Source: Camelus dromedarius
Lineage: Eukaryota
Direction of reading: 5' to 3'
NCBI RefSeq assembly: GCF_036321535.1
Contig: NC_087447.1
Location: forward strand, 52,578,001-52,642,000
DNA: 64,000 nt
Shown: positions 25,206 to 38,149 of the stretch, in pieces
Position numbering within the stretch: position 1 is the stretch's first letter
Layout of the letters: each line of letters begins with the position of its first letter
Program-made: the position numbers and the translations under genes
Notes under the pieces: model-generated
What the model saw: the letters and a program-made list of their open reading frames with translations, nothing else
Told to the model about the DNA's origin: nothing
The model's database searches: none

Positions 25206-26264
25206 TGTTCTCACCCCTCGAATGTTTTCTGCACACTCAGCTTCTCCACCAGGGTTAGACTCCAAAGAGGCAAAGGATTCTGTACTTAGATGTCAACTCG
25301 CTGTTCTTTCCCACGTAGGGAGCTTTCACAAAAGCAGTAGGGGGGTGGGGAAGATGTCTAAAAGCATCCATTTCATAGCTGGTAAGTCAAGGCAATATAG
25401 TGATTCCTGCATCCTAGGAAAAGGGCCTTCAGGCCAGGACCTCCGCTGCTTTGGCTAAACTGGCCCCTGACATGTGCAGCTAAAGATGTGGTTAGTAACA
25501 GGAAGCAAGCCCTACCTTTATGAGGATCTGTTATTGAATCCACCAAGGGTAAAGACACTGCCCTTCCCGTTTGGAAATAAACCTCATAAATGGCTCTGTG
25601 ATCATTCTGCATACCCAGGACCGTTAGCAGCACCACTCTGAGGATGGGGGACAGGTAAATAGGGATTACATTAAAGGGGTTGCAGAAGGGCAGTGACATC
25701 CGCAGCAGTGGCTGCATCATTCCACGAACCCTGATCTCGGCAGGCCTCGGGGAAGGGCAGAAGTCCACCCTTGGCTTCCATGGCTGGCCGCTTATCACAT
25801 CCCAGAGCAGCAGAGGAGGCTGTCTAGAAATGCTTCCCTCCCAAGGATTTTTCTTTTGAACAAATAGGATTTGGGTTTCCAGCTCCATCTGCGACAACTT
25901 TTGGACTTGATCTTAGGTCACCTGATCCTTCCTTCTCCTCCTAAGACCATTTCTATGTTCGCTTGGTCCAGGAGTGTTGATTAAGCAGATATTGGATCCT
26001 GAAAGAGGATGGTGGCACAGTAGGGTGGTGGGCGTTCCAGGTACTTGGAATGAAGACGAAGGTGCAAACTCGAGGAGGGAAAAGGAACCTCAGAGGATAG
26101 ACAGATGGTCTGGACAGAAAGAGCCTGAAACCAGCACCAGGGTGTCGATGGCACAGAGGCACTGCTTGGATGGCTGAACCTCACAAGGGGAAGCAGGGTG
26201 CCCCTCCGGGACCAGAGCCAGCATTTTCTCCCCAGCTGGGGGACAGTGCGGCATTCCCAAAGGA

Positions 26265-27200
26265 TGAGTCAAACAGACCTGGCTTCAAACCCCAGCTCCA
26301 CCAGGCACTAGGACATATGCTCCCTGAGCAGGATTCTCCTCTGTGTCTCAGTTTAATTGCTAGAAAATGGGGATATCTCTAACCTGCAGCGCCAAAAACA
26401 CATAGGTTTCCATAATGAGAATAAAACATGTGCCCAGCACAGGAACTAACCCACAGTAAGACTTCAGTCACTGTTCGTAGATCTTTGCTTCAACGCCATA
26501 AAGGGCTCCATGTGTGACAACACATTTTTAGCCTCATAAGCTTTTATGTGCCTTACACAAGAACCAGGGTGTTCCAATCAGGATTATTTCTCTAATCTGA
26601 CCCTGAGCAAAATAATGGATCTGTCCCAAGCCCTCTGACCTCCCCGGTCCCCATGCCAACCAGAATGGATGGTTCCCGCATGGCCTGACTACTCAGCAGT
26701 CTCTGAGTCACTCATAACTCTAGCTGACAGTTACTATCTCAACTGTGGCCATGTCTTCTATGAAAAATAAGCAATATAGAAGTGGGGATTATTGCCCGTC
26801 TGCTGTGTGCAGGGGAGCCACCATGGTAGACTCCAAACGGGTGGAACCAAGAAGCATAACTGGTGTTCCAGTTCACACTCCAAGAGCTAGAAAGTGTATT
26901 TGAAAGACGTGATAGAAACGCATTTTAAAAAGGCACTACATAGCAGTAAACATTCTAGATCAAACAAATGCGGCCAAGCCCGGGTGGAGGAGTGGGAAAA
27001 ACAATCGTGGGCTTTAGAAGCAGAATGACTTGTGTCTGAGTCCCAGCTCTGCCATTTACTAGTAGGTATCCTGGGGCAGGGGGTGACGGATGCCTCAGTT
27101 TATTCATCTGTAAAAGGGGAAAGTACCACCTGACGGCTGTGATGATTGGAAAACATGGTGAATGCCTGGCACCCAGTGAGCACTCAGTTAGCTGTTAGCT
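26265..27200 (+). mobile_element. Two MIR copies (about 26265-26470 and 27005-27200) flanking unique sequence
   Basis: 'gagtcaaacagacctggcttcaaacccagctcc'; 'tcccagctctgccatttactag...gcctcagtttattcatctgtaaaa'. Confidence 0.7.
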
Positions 27201-27517
27201 TCCTTCCTCCTTCTTTTCCTCCCTTCCCCTTCTCTTGTAGATCACTGACATGACTTTATTTGCTAGTGAATTTGAATGAGTACTGGATGACTTCTATCTG
27301 CCTGCTGGTGACTACAGTCCTCCGCACATATCAATCCGTATACCATCAAGTCAATGCTTGTGCCAAAACGTTCAGTGACTTCTCTTTTCTTAAACAAGAA
27401 TAACAGAACATCCCAGCTCCTCTGCCTGGCATCCCAAGCCTCCTACCAGGAGGCCTCCACCTCCCAACATGGTTCTGCTGCAATGCCTACCCCAGGGGCA
27501 CCCACCAGGGCTGGGCA

Positions 27518-27630
27518 GATGATTCACCCTGAGCTGGTATTTGTATATGCTGTGAGGAAGGGGTCTAACTTCATGCTTTGTATGTGAATCTCCAGTGGTC
27601 CCGGCACCCCTGGCTGAAGAGATGACTCTG
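27518..27630 (-). mobile_element. L1M ORF2 fragment
   Basis: 'tttgtatatgctgtgaggaaggggtctaacttcat...ccagtggtcccggcacc'. Confidence 0.7.
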
Positions 27631-27899
27631 TGTCTCTGAACCTCAATCATCTTATCTCTAAAATGAGCTTGAAAAAACCACTTTGCAGGGTCCTCTGAGC
27701 ACTCAATGAGATAGAGAGAAAAAGCATGCTATGGAGAGTCCCTGGCACACAGCAGCCAGTCAATGCCTATAACTGAAGAAACGGACAATGCTCTAAGACA
27801 CTGGCTGTTGTCATTACTGCATCTGGACCAGAGCTCTCCCATCCCTAAAGGTCTTCAGCATCCACAGCCCCACGTGCTTGTCACAAGAGCCTGTGCCAC

Positions 27900-28115
27900 C
27901 CTCAGTACCGCGGTTTGCAATCCCCTTTCCCCAGAATGCCTTTTCTGGGTGGCTTTGATAATCTTCTCTTCTCCTTTTGCTTTTTCCCTTCATTACTTTC
28001 TACCTTAATTTTGTATTAAATGCTGTTGGTCTTAACTAATTAATCAATCATAATTGAGCTAGCCCACTCAAATGTTTTTTGGCAAGGTGGCGGGAAGGCA
28101 TGAATGAACAAACAA
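27900..28115 (+). mobile_element. Possible L4 (RTE-X) LINE 3' end
   Basis: T-rich body ending 'agcccactcaaatgttttttggcaaggtggcgggaaggcatgaatgaacaaacaa', similar to the recalled L4 terminus. Confidence 0.4.
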
Positions 28116-29086
28116 GTCAATCAAAGGAAAGGCCCCTGAGCTGAAGTGATGTATGGGCCACCCCACACAGAGGTGTCAGAGGCAGGCCTGTGGGACACGA
28201 CCTCCAGCCCAGTGCTCTCTCCACGCCCCCATTCCCCCTCCTACCCTGGAGAAAGCGCGATCCTTTTAAATCACAACTCCCTCCTCCATGGTATTTGCAA
28301 CACCTCCCAATTTAGTTTTCGCTCTGAATTTCATTAGTGTCCCATTTGCCTTGTCTTCCTGATCTCCGAGGCAGGCGTTAAGCTGGAGGAGACTGGCTCG
28401 GCAACAAGGGCTCCTACCTCCTGACTTCAGGGGAGGGGACAGGCAGGGGCTGCAATTCCAGATGGTGTTCTTGTCACTCGGCTCAGGCACTGGGGGCTTA
28501 AAGATAGACGTCTGTGCTTGCCCTGGAAACCCCAGGGCTCACGGGGATGGATGCACCATGCCTGTGTGATGTGCTGCTGGGGCCGGGCCTTGCTGGGCAG
28601 GCAGAGTGAGTGAAGGAGGAGGGATTCAGTGGGAGAGGAATTGTAAGAACTGGCCCATGGGGTTGTTGGCAGTTCAATGAGATGCATAAATGAAGTACTT
28701 GGCACAATGCCTCAATAAGTGGGACCCCGTTTTACCTGTCCCTTTCTGTGAAAGGCAAAAAGTCTTAACAGGTGTCCTCAGAGAACCATCAGGTCTCTAC
28801 TGCCAAGCATTTATCCCAGTTTGTAGTTATCACATTCTTCAGCCTGAGAGCACAGGCTACCTTTGTTTTTGTTTTGGTTCCCTGATCTATCCCCAGAGCC
28901 GAGCGTGGTGCTGGACCTCTTGCTAATATTCCATATGTCTTTGCTGAGTTGCTACATAAATGCCTGGATCAGAGGTTCTGGATGACCTAGACTCCGGTGC
29001 CCTTAAGCTGGGAGACCTCAGACAAGACAATTCATTTCTCTGAGGCTCAGTTTTCTTACCTGTCAAATGCAAATCATAATATCTAC

Positions 29087-29375
29087 TGTGGCAGAAGCAG
29101 TGCTTGCCCATCAAATATCCACACTGCCCAGAGCCTTAGAAATCAGGCAGGACCCTGTGACTAGTCCTGGCCCGGGGTCTGTGTGTCACTTCTGGGCCAA
29201 AGCATTTAAGCTACACCTAAAATATGGCAGACTGTCCATCAGCCTGGGCCCTGAGTCACTAGGTGGGGCAGAGTCCTCCACCGACCTCAGTTAGAAATAA
29301 CCCCTGGCTGTGTTAAGTCACTGAGATTCTGGAGTTCGTTTATCACTACAACGTAACTGAGCCCAGAAAGACTCA
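29087..29375 (+). mobile_element. Old MaLR LTR (MLT1I/J-like, internally deleted)
   Basis: 'tgtggcagaa...tgtgactagtcctggcc...gtgtcacttctgggccaaagcatttaa...tgtgttaagtcactgagatt'. Confidence 0.75.
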
Positions 29376-32218
29376 GACTTCTGCCCCACAAGACTGCCCA
29401 GAATATAAGAAAAAGTGCTGGCTTCACAGTAGGTTTTGGATAAAAGGCTCAGTCCCTGGGTCTGGGCTTTCTTCATGACGCAGACTCCATCTGTGTGCCT
29501 ACCTTTCTCTCGGCTATATTCCTTCTCTAGCTTGAAACATCCTTCTGCTTTTCCTACCTGACCCACGTGTGCTCTGTTTTTGTCATTGCACAGACAGAGG
29601 AAGCAAAGCCTCCAGAGCCATTCTGGACAGCTGGACCCCAGACCACCTGTCCTCCGGGCAGCCGCCCACTCGCCTCCTACAACCTCATTCTCAACTCTGC
29701 CCCTCATCCCACTCCAACTCAGCTTTAAATGTAACTACCAAACTCTGGACCCTGTCCTTGGTCTCGTGCACCCCAGAATGACTCTGATGGCCACTGCAGC
29801 CTCTGTGGTCCTGGACCTGCATGGTGCTTCCCAGCTGCCAGCTCCTCCATCACAGCCTGGCCGGATGCCCGGCCCTTGCCTGCCATGTCCTCCCGCCATG
29901 CTGGCTGCTGGCTTGGCTCCCAGCAGCCGCCAGTCCTCCCACTGCATCTGCTCCCTGAAAAGGCCACCTCCATTCTGCCTTGACCTCCTCTGCTTCCCAC
30001 GCAGCTTAGTAGCGAAAGCCTTCAACCAAACGTTATGCTTATTTGCAGATTCCAAGAAGGCACTTCTCATCAAGACCACAGGTTTGCAGTTGATGACGCA
30101 GAAAATCAGAGCAGACAAGGGGACTGACCTGGCTCCATGTCAGCACGTTCTGAAGAGTCAGCACTGTCCGTGGGCCCTGCAGCCCTCTCTCCAGGGCCAT
30201 CGGATCCTGGAGGACGGGACTGGATCCTATCTGTTGAAGAAGAGAAGATAGACCCAATTAAGCGAGGTGGCAAGATGTCCTCAAGTTTCTCACAGGTCTC
30301 TCTGCCCAGCAGTCAGTGCAAATGCACGCCTGATCCCACGGCCATGAAGAGACGCGAGTGGGTCCCAAACACCCTGGGAATCCCACACAAACGCACTTTC
30401 TCTCTGCAATCTTTCTCTCTTCTCCCATCTAATCTGGTCTTGCCTGACAGCTGCTGTTCACATGCTTCCTCAAGCAGACCAAACCCCTCAAGGGCAGAGA
30501 CTGCAGATCAGCACCCTTTACAACCCAGACAAAGGCAGCTTGGGGCAGAATAGACACTGAGTGTTTTGTGAAGAAGGATGGACTGCGTGCTGGGATGGGG
30601 GTGGGGAGGAGGTGAGGGGACAGGGCACGTGATGGGGCACCGGACCCTGCAATAGTCCTATCACTGATTCGCCAGGCCAATAAATGTGTCACCGCACTTC
30701 TTTGAACCTTAGTGTCCTGCCCTGTAGAATGGACCCATCTTCTCAGTGACTGACTGGATGGGAGTATTGGGAGTCACATGGGCAGGGTCCTTACACAAAA
30801 GGGCCACCTGCTTATCACTCTGCAACCTCTAGCAAATCACTCCCCCTCCTTGAGCTTCTGTCTGAAAGAGAGAAACTCTGAACTAGGTCACACATGAGGT
30901 CCTTTCTGCCCCTACAATTCAATGATGATGTTGGTTCATCTCAGCATCTCTGGTGCCCAAGGAGATATCTGTACACAATAAAGGTTGTGAAATGAATAAA
31001 AGAAATCCTGTCACTCAAAAGAAGAGTGTGGGAGAGGCTCAAAGGTTTCCAGCCATTTGCCTTCGGTCCTTGCTACAAGGGGAGCTGAGATTTGAACCCA
31101 GGTCCTCACAGACTCAAGGTCTATACACTTTCCCTGCATCAACCACCACCCTCACTCACTGAAAACACTACAAAACGCCTTTTTATATAAAAGGCACACT
31201 AGGCTAAATCAGGACAACGCATGAAGGATACATTTAGGCATCTGAGGTTAAAAGTCAGTTTGAGAAATTCCCAGAATTTTTGCCAAATACACCCCGAATA
31301 TACGTAGGATCCTAACTAAGAAAACATTGTGTATTTATTATAAGGTGAGAAATTACTGGTAATCTCCATCAAAAACAAAATTCTCCTAAGTGGGAAATTT
31401 TGCTAGCTTCATCAGCATTTCCTGTTTCTGCATTGTAAATGCCTGTTTTTCTAAACAAAGAGTGACTGTATTAGGCAGGAACATTCACCAGGCTCTGCCC
31501 AAGTGCACAGTATCCTCTCCTTCGGAGGGTGGGTCAGGCTCCCAAACACCCCCAGATAGAAGACCTGATGGGTTGAAATGGAATCAACAGGACAAAGTTT
31601 GGAGGTAAACCTGCAAACGTCCTTATAAGTCATTCTCTATTCGCTAAAACAAAACATAGGCAGTACACTAGAAAGGATATGACTATGGTTTTATGGATCT
31701 CAGATGAGCAATACTGGTTATTGTGCCCTTAATTTCTATTTACTATGCCTTGTTCATTACAAGTTTACCCTCCAAAGTCTCAGAGAGGAGCAGGAAATGG
31801 TTTTGCTGTACCAATGGACACGCTAAGAGGCCCTTTCTTTGGGTGTGGGTCTCTCACCACGTGCCCAGCGCCTTGTGGATTTTAGGACTCAGAGCTGTGG
31901 ATGTTGCCCCCAAGGGTCCTGCCACAGTCCTGGTCACGTCCAGCGACTCGGATGAACCCAGGGTCTTTCTCAAACCCTTCTCCTTTGTCCAGGTCACGCA
32001 GTTCCACTGCCTCCACAGCTCCAGGCCAAAGCTTGGGCTGTGGACCTTCATCAGTGCCTTATCTGATCCCTGCCCCCTCCCTGCCCTTGAAGAAGCTGCA
32101 GAACTAGTTTTACTTCTGTTCCATCTTCACCTGCCCAGGTTTCAGGGAAAACCTCAACTCCTTTTCTTCTATTTATTTTTTTCAATTTGTATCCCTGACT
32201 TCCCTCTTTTTCAAAGCA

Positions 32219-32574
32219 TAATCATCACTCAGTATATGCAGGAGGATTGAGTCCAGGCCCCTCCTCTCCCCCCATGGATACCAAAATCAGTGGATGCTCA
32301 AGTTCCTTATATAAAATGAGGGAGTATTTGTATATAACCTATGCACACCCACCCATACACTTTAAATCATCTCTAGATCACATGATACCTAATACAATGT
32401 AAATGATATGTAAATAGTTGTAAATACAATGTAAATGCTATGTAAATAGTTGCCTGCCTGGCAAATTCAAGTCTTGGTTTTTGGAACTTTCTGGAATTTT
32501 TTTCCCCACGTATATTTAATCTGTGACTGGTTGAATCCATGGATGTGGAGCCCAAATAGGAAGGGCTGGGTGTA
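32219..32574. mobile_element. MER2/MER2B (TcMar-Tigger MITE)
   Basis: 'ggataccaaaatc...ggatgctcaagttccttatataaaatg...taaatcatctctagat...tggttgaatccatggatgtgga'; duplicated 'tacaatgtaaatg.tatgtaaatagttg'. Confidence 0.9.
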
Positions 32575-32699
32575 CCTCTACCTGACTGTCAGTGAAGCAA
32601 AAGCACTCATGGGTTGACCACAGGTTTTAGAAGTATTTATATACCAGCATTTTATGAAGGGAAATCCAGTGAGGAAGGGATTAGGGTGTTTAATCCTTC

Positions 32700-33295
32700 T
32701 CTTGCTCACTCACTCATTCATCCCTACACTGAGCGTTAGGTGCTGTACAGGATGCACTGATGGAAGCAAATCGTGTCCTTGGGAAACTCACAGGATAACA
32801 AGGAAATAAGACAACATGGCCACGAGTGACTGAAATGCCCAGCAGTTTCATAAGAGACGTACAGAGAAAACTGCGAGAACGGGGAGGCATGAAGAGACCA
32901 CCCCGGGTGACAAGTCGGGGAGCACTTATTAGACCGCATACTGTTCAAGCCCAGCCTTGCACCAGCACCAGTGTCAGGTGAGGTGGCGCAGGGATGGGGC
33001 AGGGGACTCGCAGGAAAGGGTAAAGGCACAGGAGGGGGAAGCGTGACAAAGGATGAACATGTCGCTCAGCTTTGCGGAGCGCAGGCTGTGCGGAAGGAAG
33101 CAGCAGCCATCCCGCCTGATAGGGGACGTGGGTCCCAGTGAGCACGGCCCTGAAAGTCAAGCCAGGGAAGGTGACCATTATTCGATGAGTAATAGAGAGC
33201 CACCCAGGGCTTCTGAGCAGAGAGGTGACACAATTGGAGATATGCCGCAGGAAGATGAACTTGGCAAGCTTGCACAGTATGAATTGGGAGGGGAG
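32700..33295 (-). mobile_element. L2 fragment
   Basis: 'cactcattcat...' 3' tail; 'gagagccacccagggcttctgagcagagaggtgacacaat...aggaagatgaacttggcaa'. Confidence 0.65.
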
Positions 33296-34448
33296 GAAGC
33301 TGATTGTGTGCCAGGCATTGGGCAGACTGTTCGATGCTGGTACATATTTGATCTCAGTTAACCTTCTAAACAACCGTAGGAAGCAAGCCTATTTCTTCCA
33401 GACTTGCAGATGAGAAAATGAGGCTTCAGGGAATTTCAGCTGCTTGCCTCTAATCCCCCAGCTAGGAAGCGGTGGATACAAGATCTGGAGCTTGTTTTCT
33501 CCCTTTCCAGGCAAGCCTTAAAGCATGCTGAGACCCTGTGCAGACACCTGTACACCCAACAGCCCCCACTACACCTTCTGCTCCCAGCATACCTCCCGCC
33601 CGCCCTAGGGTGGGTGGACGCATGATCGTTTCCTGGGCTGCCTTTTGAGATGCCCAGGTGGAATTAATTGTCAAGTGCCTTTGCTTCTGTTAGCTTTCTC
33701 CAAAGTGACCACAAATCAAGGAGATAAAACAATACTTTGAGTTGGGTCCCAAACAATATGGAGTACAGTCTCTTGCAGAGAATTTCAAAGGTAGCAGGAG
33801 ACCACCTTCCTCCCTTGCAGGTAATGCTCACTTCTGTCTTTCCCTTCTCAGCTAAGCTTAATGGCAACAGTGGACCCAGGAGCCTGGAGGTACCTCTTTT
33901 GGATACCCAGGACTCTGTTGGGTCATGAATGTCCATGAGGAACCCAGGTCCCTGGGCTGACTTTACTGTTTGAGAGGACTGCCCGGAGGACTCACTGCAC
34001 TCCAACTGGATCAGCACACCTGCAGCCTGGAGGGGACGATCATGAATCACTCCCATCAAGATGCCTGCTTCTAAAAGCTTGTTTTTTCCAAGAGAAAAAA
34101 GATTTCCTCATTCTAAATACAAGGCACAGTGATAGCTGTGCTACACACCTGACAACCAAGGGTGCAGGTTTTCTTCAAGGAAGCCTGGAACAGTGGCAAG
34201 AACAGTAACTTTGGAAGTAAATAGAGTGGGTCTAAGTCACACCCCAGCAGGGCAGTGGCTATGCAGCCCTGGGAAAACCACTCAGCTCCTTAAATGTCCT
34301 CGTTACTACGTGGGAATGATAATAAGAGATTAGAGAGACTGGTATACACATAAGAATGTATAATAATTTCTCCTCGTGTTTTTACATCTGACACTCTGGA
34401 CACGGCCCTCTTCCTCTCAGAGTTATCAATTGAAGAAATGGATTTTTG

Positions 34449-34946
34449 TGCCCATCAACAGATGACTGGATAAAGAAGAAGTGGTATATTTATACAATGG
34501 AATAGTATTCAGCCATAAAAACCGACAACATAACTCCATTTGCAGCAACACGGATGTTCTTGGAGAATGTCATTCTAAGTGAAGTAAGCCAGAAAGAGAA
34601 AGAAAAATACCATATGAGATCACTCATGTGTGGAATCTAAAAAAACCCAAAACATAAATACAAAACAGAAACAGATTCATAGACATAGGATACAAACGTG
34701 TGGCTGCCAAGGGGGTGGGGGGTGGGAAGGGACAGACTGGAATTTCAAAATGTAGAAAAGATAAACAAGATTATACTGTATAGCACAGGGAAATATATAC
34801 AAGATCTTGTGGTAGCTCACAGCGAAAAAAATGTGACAATGAATATATACATGTTCACGTATAACTGAAAAACTGTGCTCTACACTGGAATTTGGCACAA
34901 CATTGTAGAATGACTATAACTCAATAAAAAAAAAGTTAAAAAAATA
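34449..34946 (+). mobile_element. Young camelid L1 3' end (5'-truncated)
   Basis: 'tgcccatcaacagatgactggataaagaag...gactataactcaataaaaaaaaa'; perfect 18-bp TSD tgaagaaatggatttttg (34431-34448 / 34947-34964). Confidence 0.95.
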
Positions 34947-36849
34947 TGAAGAAATGGATTTTTGGAGAAAAAAATGCTGCAAGAACAACCGCAGGTTGTT
35001 CACACCCTTGACCTAACACTTATTACCAGAGTCTTAGAATTATCTGTCAGCGTGTCCTTCTCCTCCACCAGACTGGAACTGCCTCGAAGACGGCGGCTGC
35101 TGCACCTTCGACTCCCAGCACACACATGTCCCTTTCTCCCTTAGTTCCCTTCTAGTAAGATCCACACAAACCACAGAGTCTGCAGTTCTGGGATTTTATT
35201 TTCCCAGACTGGTTTGAAGTGACTTCTAAGCAACACCTTCAAGAGCACATCCAATCCTCTGAAAACCATCTCATTAGCATAAAATCATTAGCATGGAATC
35301 CTTCACCTTGTTACTCTGCTAAGAGCTTTGGTTTCTAATCTGAGCCAATTATATGTGCCAACATATTCAATAACATCTTAATAATGCCAACCCTCCCAGG
35401 TCTCTGGACAGACTCGGACCAGGTTAAGAGAGCTGGGGTCTAACAGGATACTAGGGCGGCATGTGCCTGGCTTGTGCAGTTGGGACGGCCCTGCGTAGTG
35501 CCTGAGGCCGGGACATGTGCTCAGCAAAAGTTAATTCCCTTCTCCTCCTCTGGCTCCTGAGAAAAGCAAAGCCATAAAACTTGCTTCAAATAAACAGGGA
35601 GAGAAGATTCACCACATTCCTGAGTCCATTTAGAATATGGATTTTTTTTAAAGCTTTTCTCCCTAAGGACTGAAGGAAGCAGGTTATTTCATTTTAATTA
35701 TGGCAGCTGCAGCTGCTGCTTGTGAACCCAAAGACCAATTTTCAGATTAAAAAGAAAAACACAGCACACATACACACACACCCTGCCACACACACAAACT
35801 CACCAAGAGAGTCAACGACATACACAGAGCAACACCACCTCCAGGGAGCACATCCACAGGGTGGAAAAATCTGGACTGTCCTGCTCCAGACACTCAGATC
35901 CAGGTGGGACTCCCCCTCCCCCTCCCCCCGCGCCGCCTCTCTGCCCCCAGCGTCCAAGACCAGCCCGTGAGCCATGCTGGGTAATGGAATGCTTCATGCA
36001 GAGCAGCTGTGCATTTTTAATGCACACAAGGGGAAATAAAGGCAGCAGATGGTTTTATGTAATCTTCCTGTGATATTTTAACTGGGCATCTTCATTCATG
36101 AAGGCCTGAAAGAGTTCTTTTACTGGTCCCCCATGGGTCCAGCGAGCCAGCCCAGACTTGGGGTAGTGAGGATGGGTCTCTCGTGTGGGGAAGGCAGGTA
36201 CCTTTTAAAATTTTCTGGCCCACAGGCTGTATCCAGGTTTCCAGTCAGTATTCCCTCTTGTGGTTCTTTGTGTCCTCACCAGCACCTCTCAGTGTTAACT
36301 ATGGCAAGTAATGGCTCATGAATCTTTCACAGGTAGAACTGCCCAAATCTGCACCATGTGTAGATGTATCTTTCAAAGGACTGAGGGTCCATGCTATCGC
36401 AGGGGTGTCTGTCAGGGAGAAATCTGGGTGGAGCAGGTGAGTGCATCTGCCTTCAACTGCCTGGGAGTAAGACAAATGACACTGGCTTTCACCGGAGAAA
36501 GATAGTCTGCTTCCGGGGATGCACAAGAACTTTGCCTGTGCGACTTGGCATGAAAGGAGGCATGGGTTGGAGAGTAAACAGTTCTCAAATAGCCACAAGG
36601 GCTACAGAGGAGCCTGATGAAGTTTGTGGTATCCCTGGGAAGTTGTCTCAGTTTTCTGAAACTTGCTTTAACTCCACCGATGTTCATCTTTAAGCCCTCC
36701 AAGCATACCATCCACAATTCTGAGATCTGAATGTGCAGGACCAATGAAAATTCTTGTTCTCAGCCACCTAGGTGCTCCCAGACTGCCAGGCTTTTGCTCA
36801 GCTTCATCGTCATCCTGCAAAACCCCTCCCTCCTTTGACATCCACCTGC

Positions 36850-37200
36850 TCCTCCTCTTCCCTCAGGGGCCAGTGCAGATGCCAGCATTTTCATGAAGCC
36901 ATCTCTGCTGCATGGATCACAACTAACTGCACTCCCAAGCCAAAGAGTCACCAAATCTAGTTGTTTCTACCACCAAATCCAGGGGATAAGCTGTTCTCTG
37001 TGTAGCTCTAGGGCTCTTCAGTCCCTTTCCTTAAATTATCATATGCACAGTGCTGTTCCTCAAATGCAAGTCTGACCCTGCTGTTCCTGGCTCGAAATCC
37101 TTGTTGGTGCCCCATTATCTTCGGGACAAAATCCAAACCCCTCCCTAGAACAGGCAGTTCTCTTCACTGTCCAGCCTGGCCGCTCTCACCGCAGACTCAC
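36850..37200 (+). mobile_element. L2 fragment
   Basis: 'aaatgcaagtctgacc...ctcgaaatccttgttggtgcccattatcttcgggacaaaatccaaacccct'. Confidence 0.6.
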
Positions 37201-37329
37201 CAGACTGCAGCCAAACCCGTGTTTTTAACCCTCACTGTCTTCCTCACTGCCCCTTCCTTGGCTGGGGAGGTCCTGAAGTGCTCCTCAACAAGTTGCCTGT
37301 GCGGCACCCCATCTTCTTCTGGGGCAGCT

Positions 37330-37769
37330 CCTCCCTCCCTGCTTCTGGGAACCACTTTTCCCACTGCTCCCACCATGTAGGCTGTGAGAGTCATCGGTGC
37401 TGTGTGGCAACCATTTCCGGCTCACAGCCTTCCAGGCACAGGTGGGGGGCCCACCCGGATGGGGCCCCATGCTAATCGAGGCCAGTGGGTGTGACCAGAC
37501 GTGTACCACTCGCAAGTAGAAGGTTTAATTGCCAAAGCAGGACCCACCAGGGCTCTTTCACGCCTGCCCGAGGATCAGCACAGTGGGGATGGTTTTACAG
37601 CCTGGTCTCTGGGAGACAACAGTGAGCAGAAACCCCTCCCCTCTGCCACCACTCCCACTGTCCATGGTGGGCATGGAGTATGGGAGAGTATGGACCCTTT
37701 GTTGTCATAAGCCATTACAATTTGGGGGTGACGTGTATCCAGCATTAACTAGCTGATCTGACAGATTCA
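37330..37769 (+). mobile_element. Old MaLR LTR (MLT1H/I/J-like), degraded
   Basis: 3' terminus 'ttgttgtcataagccattacaatttgggggt...cagcattaactagc...ctgacagattca'; 5' boundary uncertain. Confidence 0.5.
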
Positions 37770-37789
37770 TGGGTCCTATGAGGATTATT

Positions 37790-38132
37790 ATCTTTTTTTC
37801 TTTTTGAAGTATAGTTGATTTACAATACTGTATTAGTTTCAGGTGTACAACAAAATGACTTGGAGATATATATATATATATATATATATTCTTTTTTTCA
37901 ATTCTTTTCCATTTTAGCTTAATACAAGATATTGAATATAGTTCCCTGTGCTGTACAGTAAGTCCTTGTTGTTTATCTGTTTTATAGATGGTAGTACTCA
38001 TGTTTTAATCCCATACTCCCACTTTATCCCAACTCCCTGTTCCTTTCTCCTTGGGTAACCACAAATTTGTTTTTTATGTCTGTGAGTTGGTTTTGGTTTT
38101 GTAAATAAGTTCATTTGAATTATTTTTTAGAT
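37790..38132 (-). mobile_element. Cetartiodactyl L1 3' end with (TA)n
   Basis: 'ttgaagtatagttgatttacaat...tacaagatattgaatatagttccctgtgct...gttttgtaaataagttcatttg'. Confidence 0.92.
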
Positions 38133-38149
38133 GGAATTGTCATATTCTT

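Noticed and set aside
27199..27240. Long pyrimidine tract ending in TAG as a splice acceptor
   Set aside because: Looks like a simple-repeat expansion at a MIR tail; only a weak downstream donor.
29580..30251. 223-aa ORF
   Set aside because: Non-ATG start, composition typical of GC-rich non-coding DNA, no recognisable homology or exon structure.
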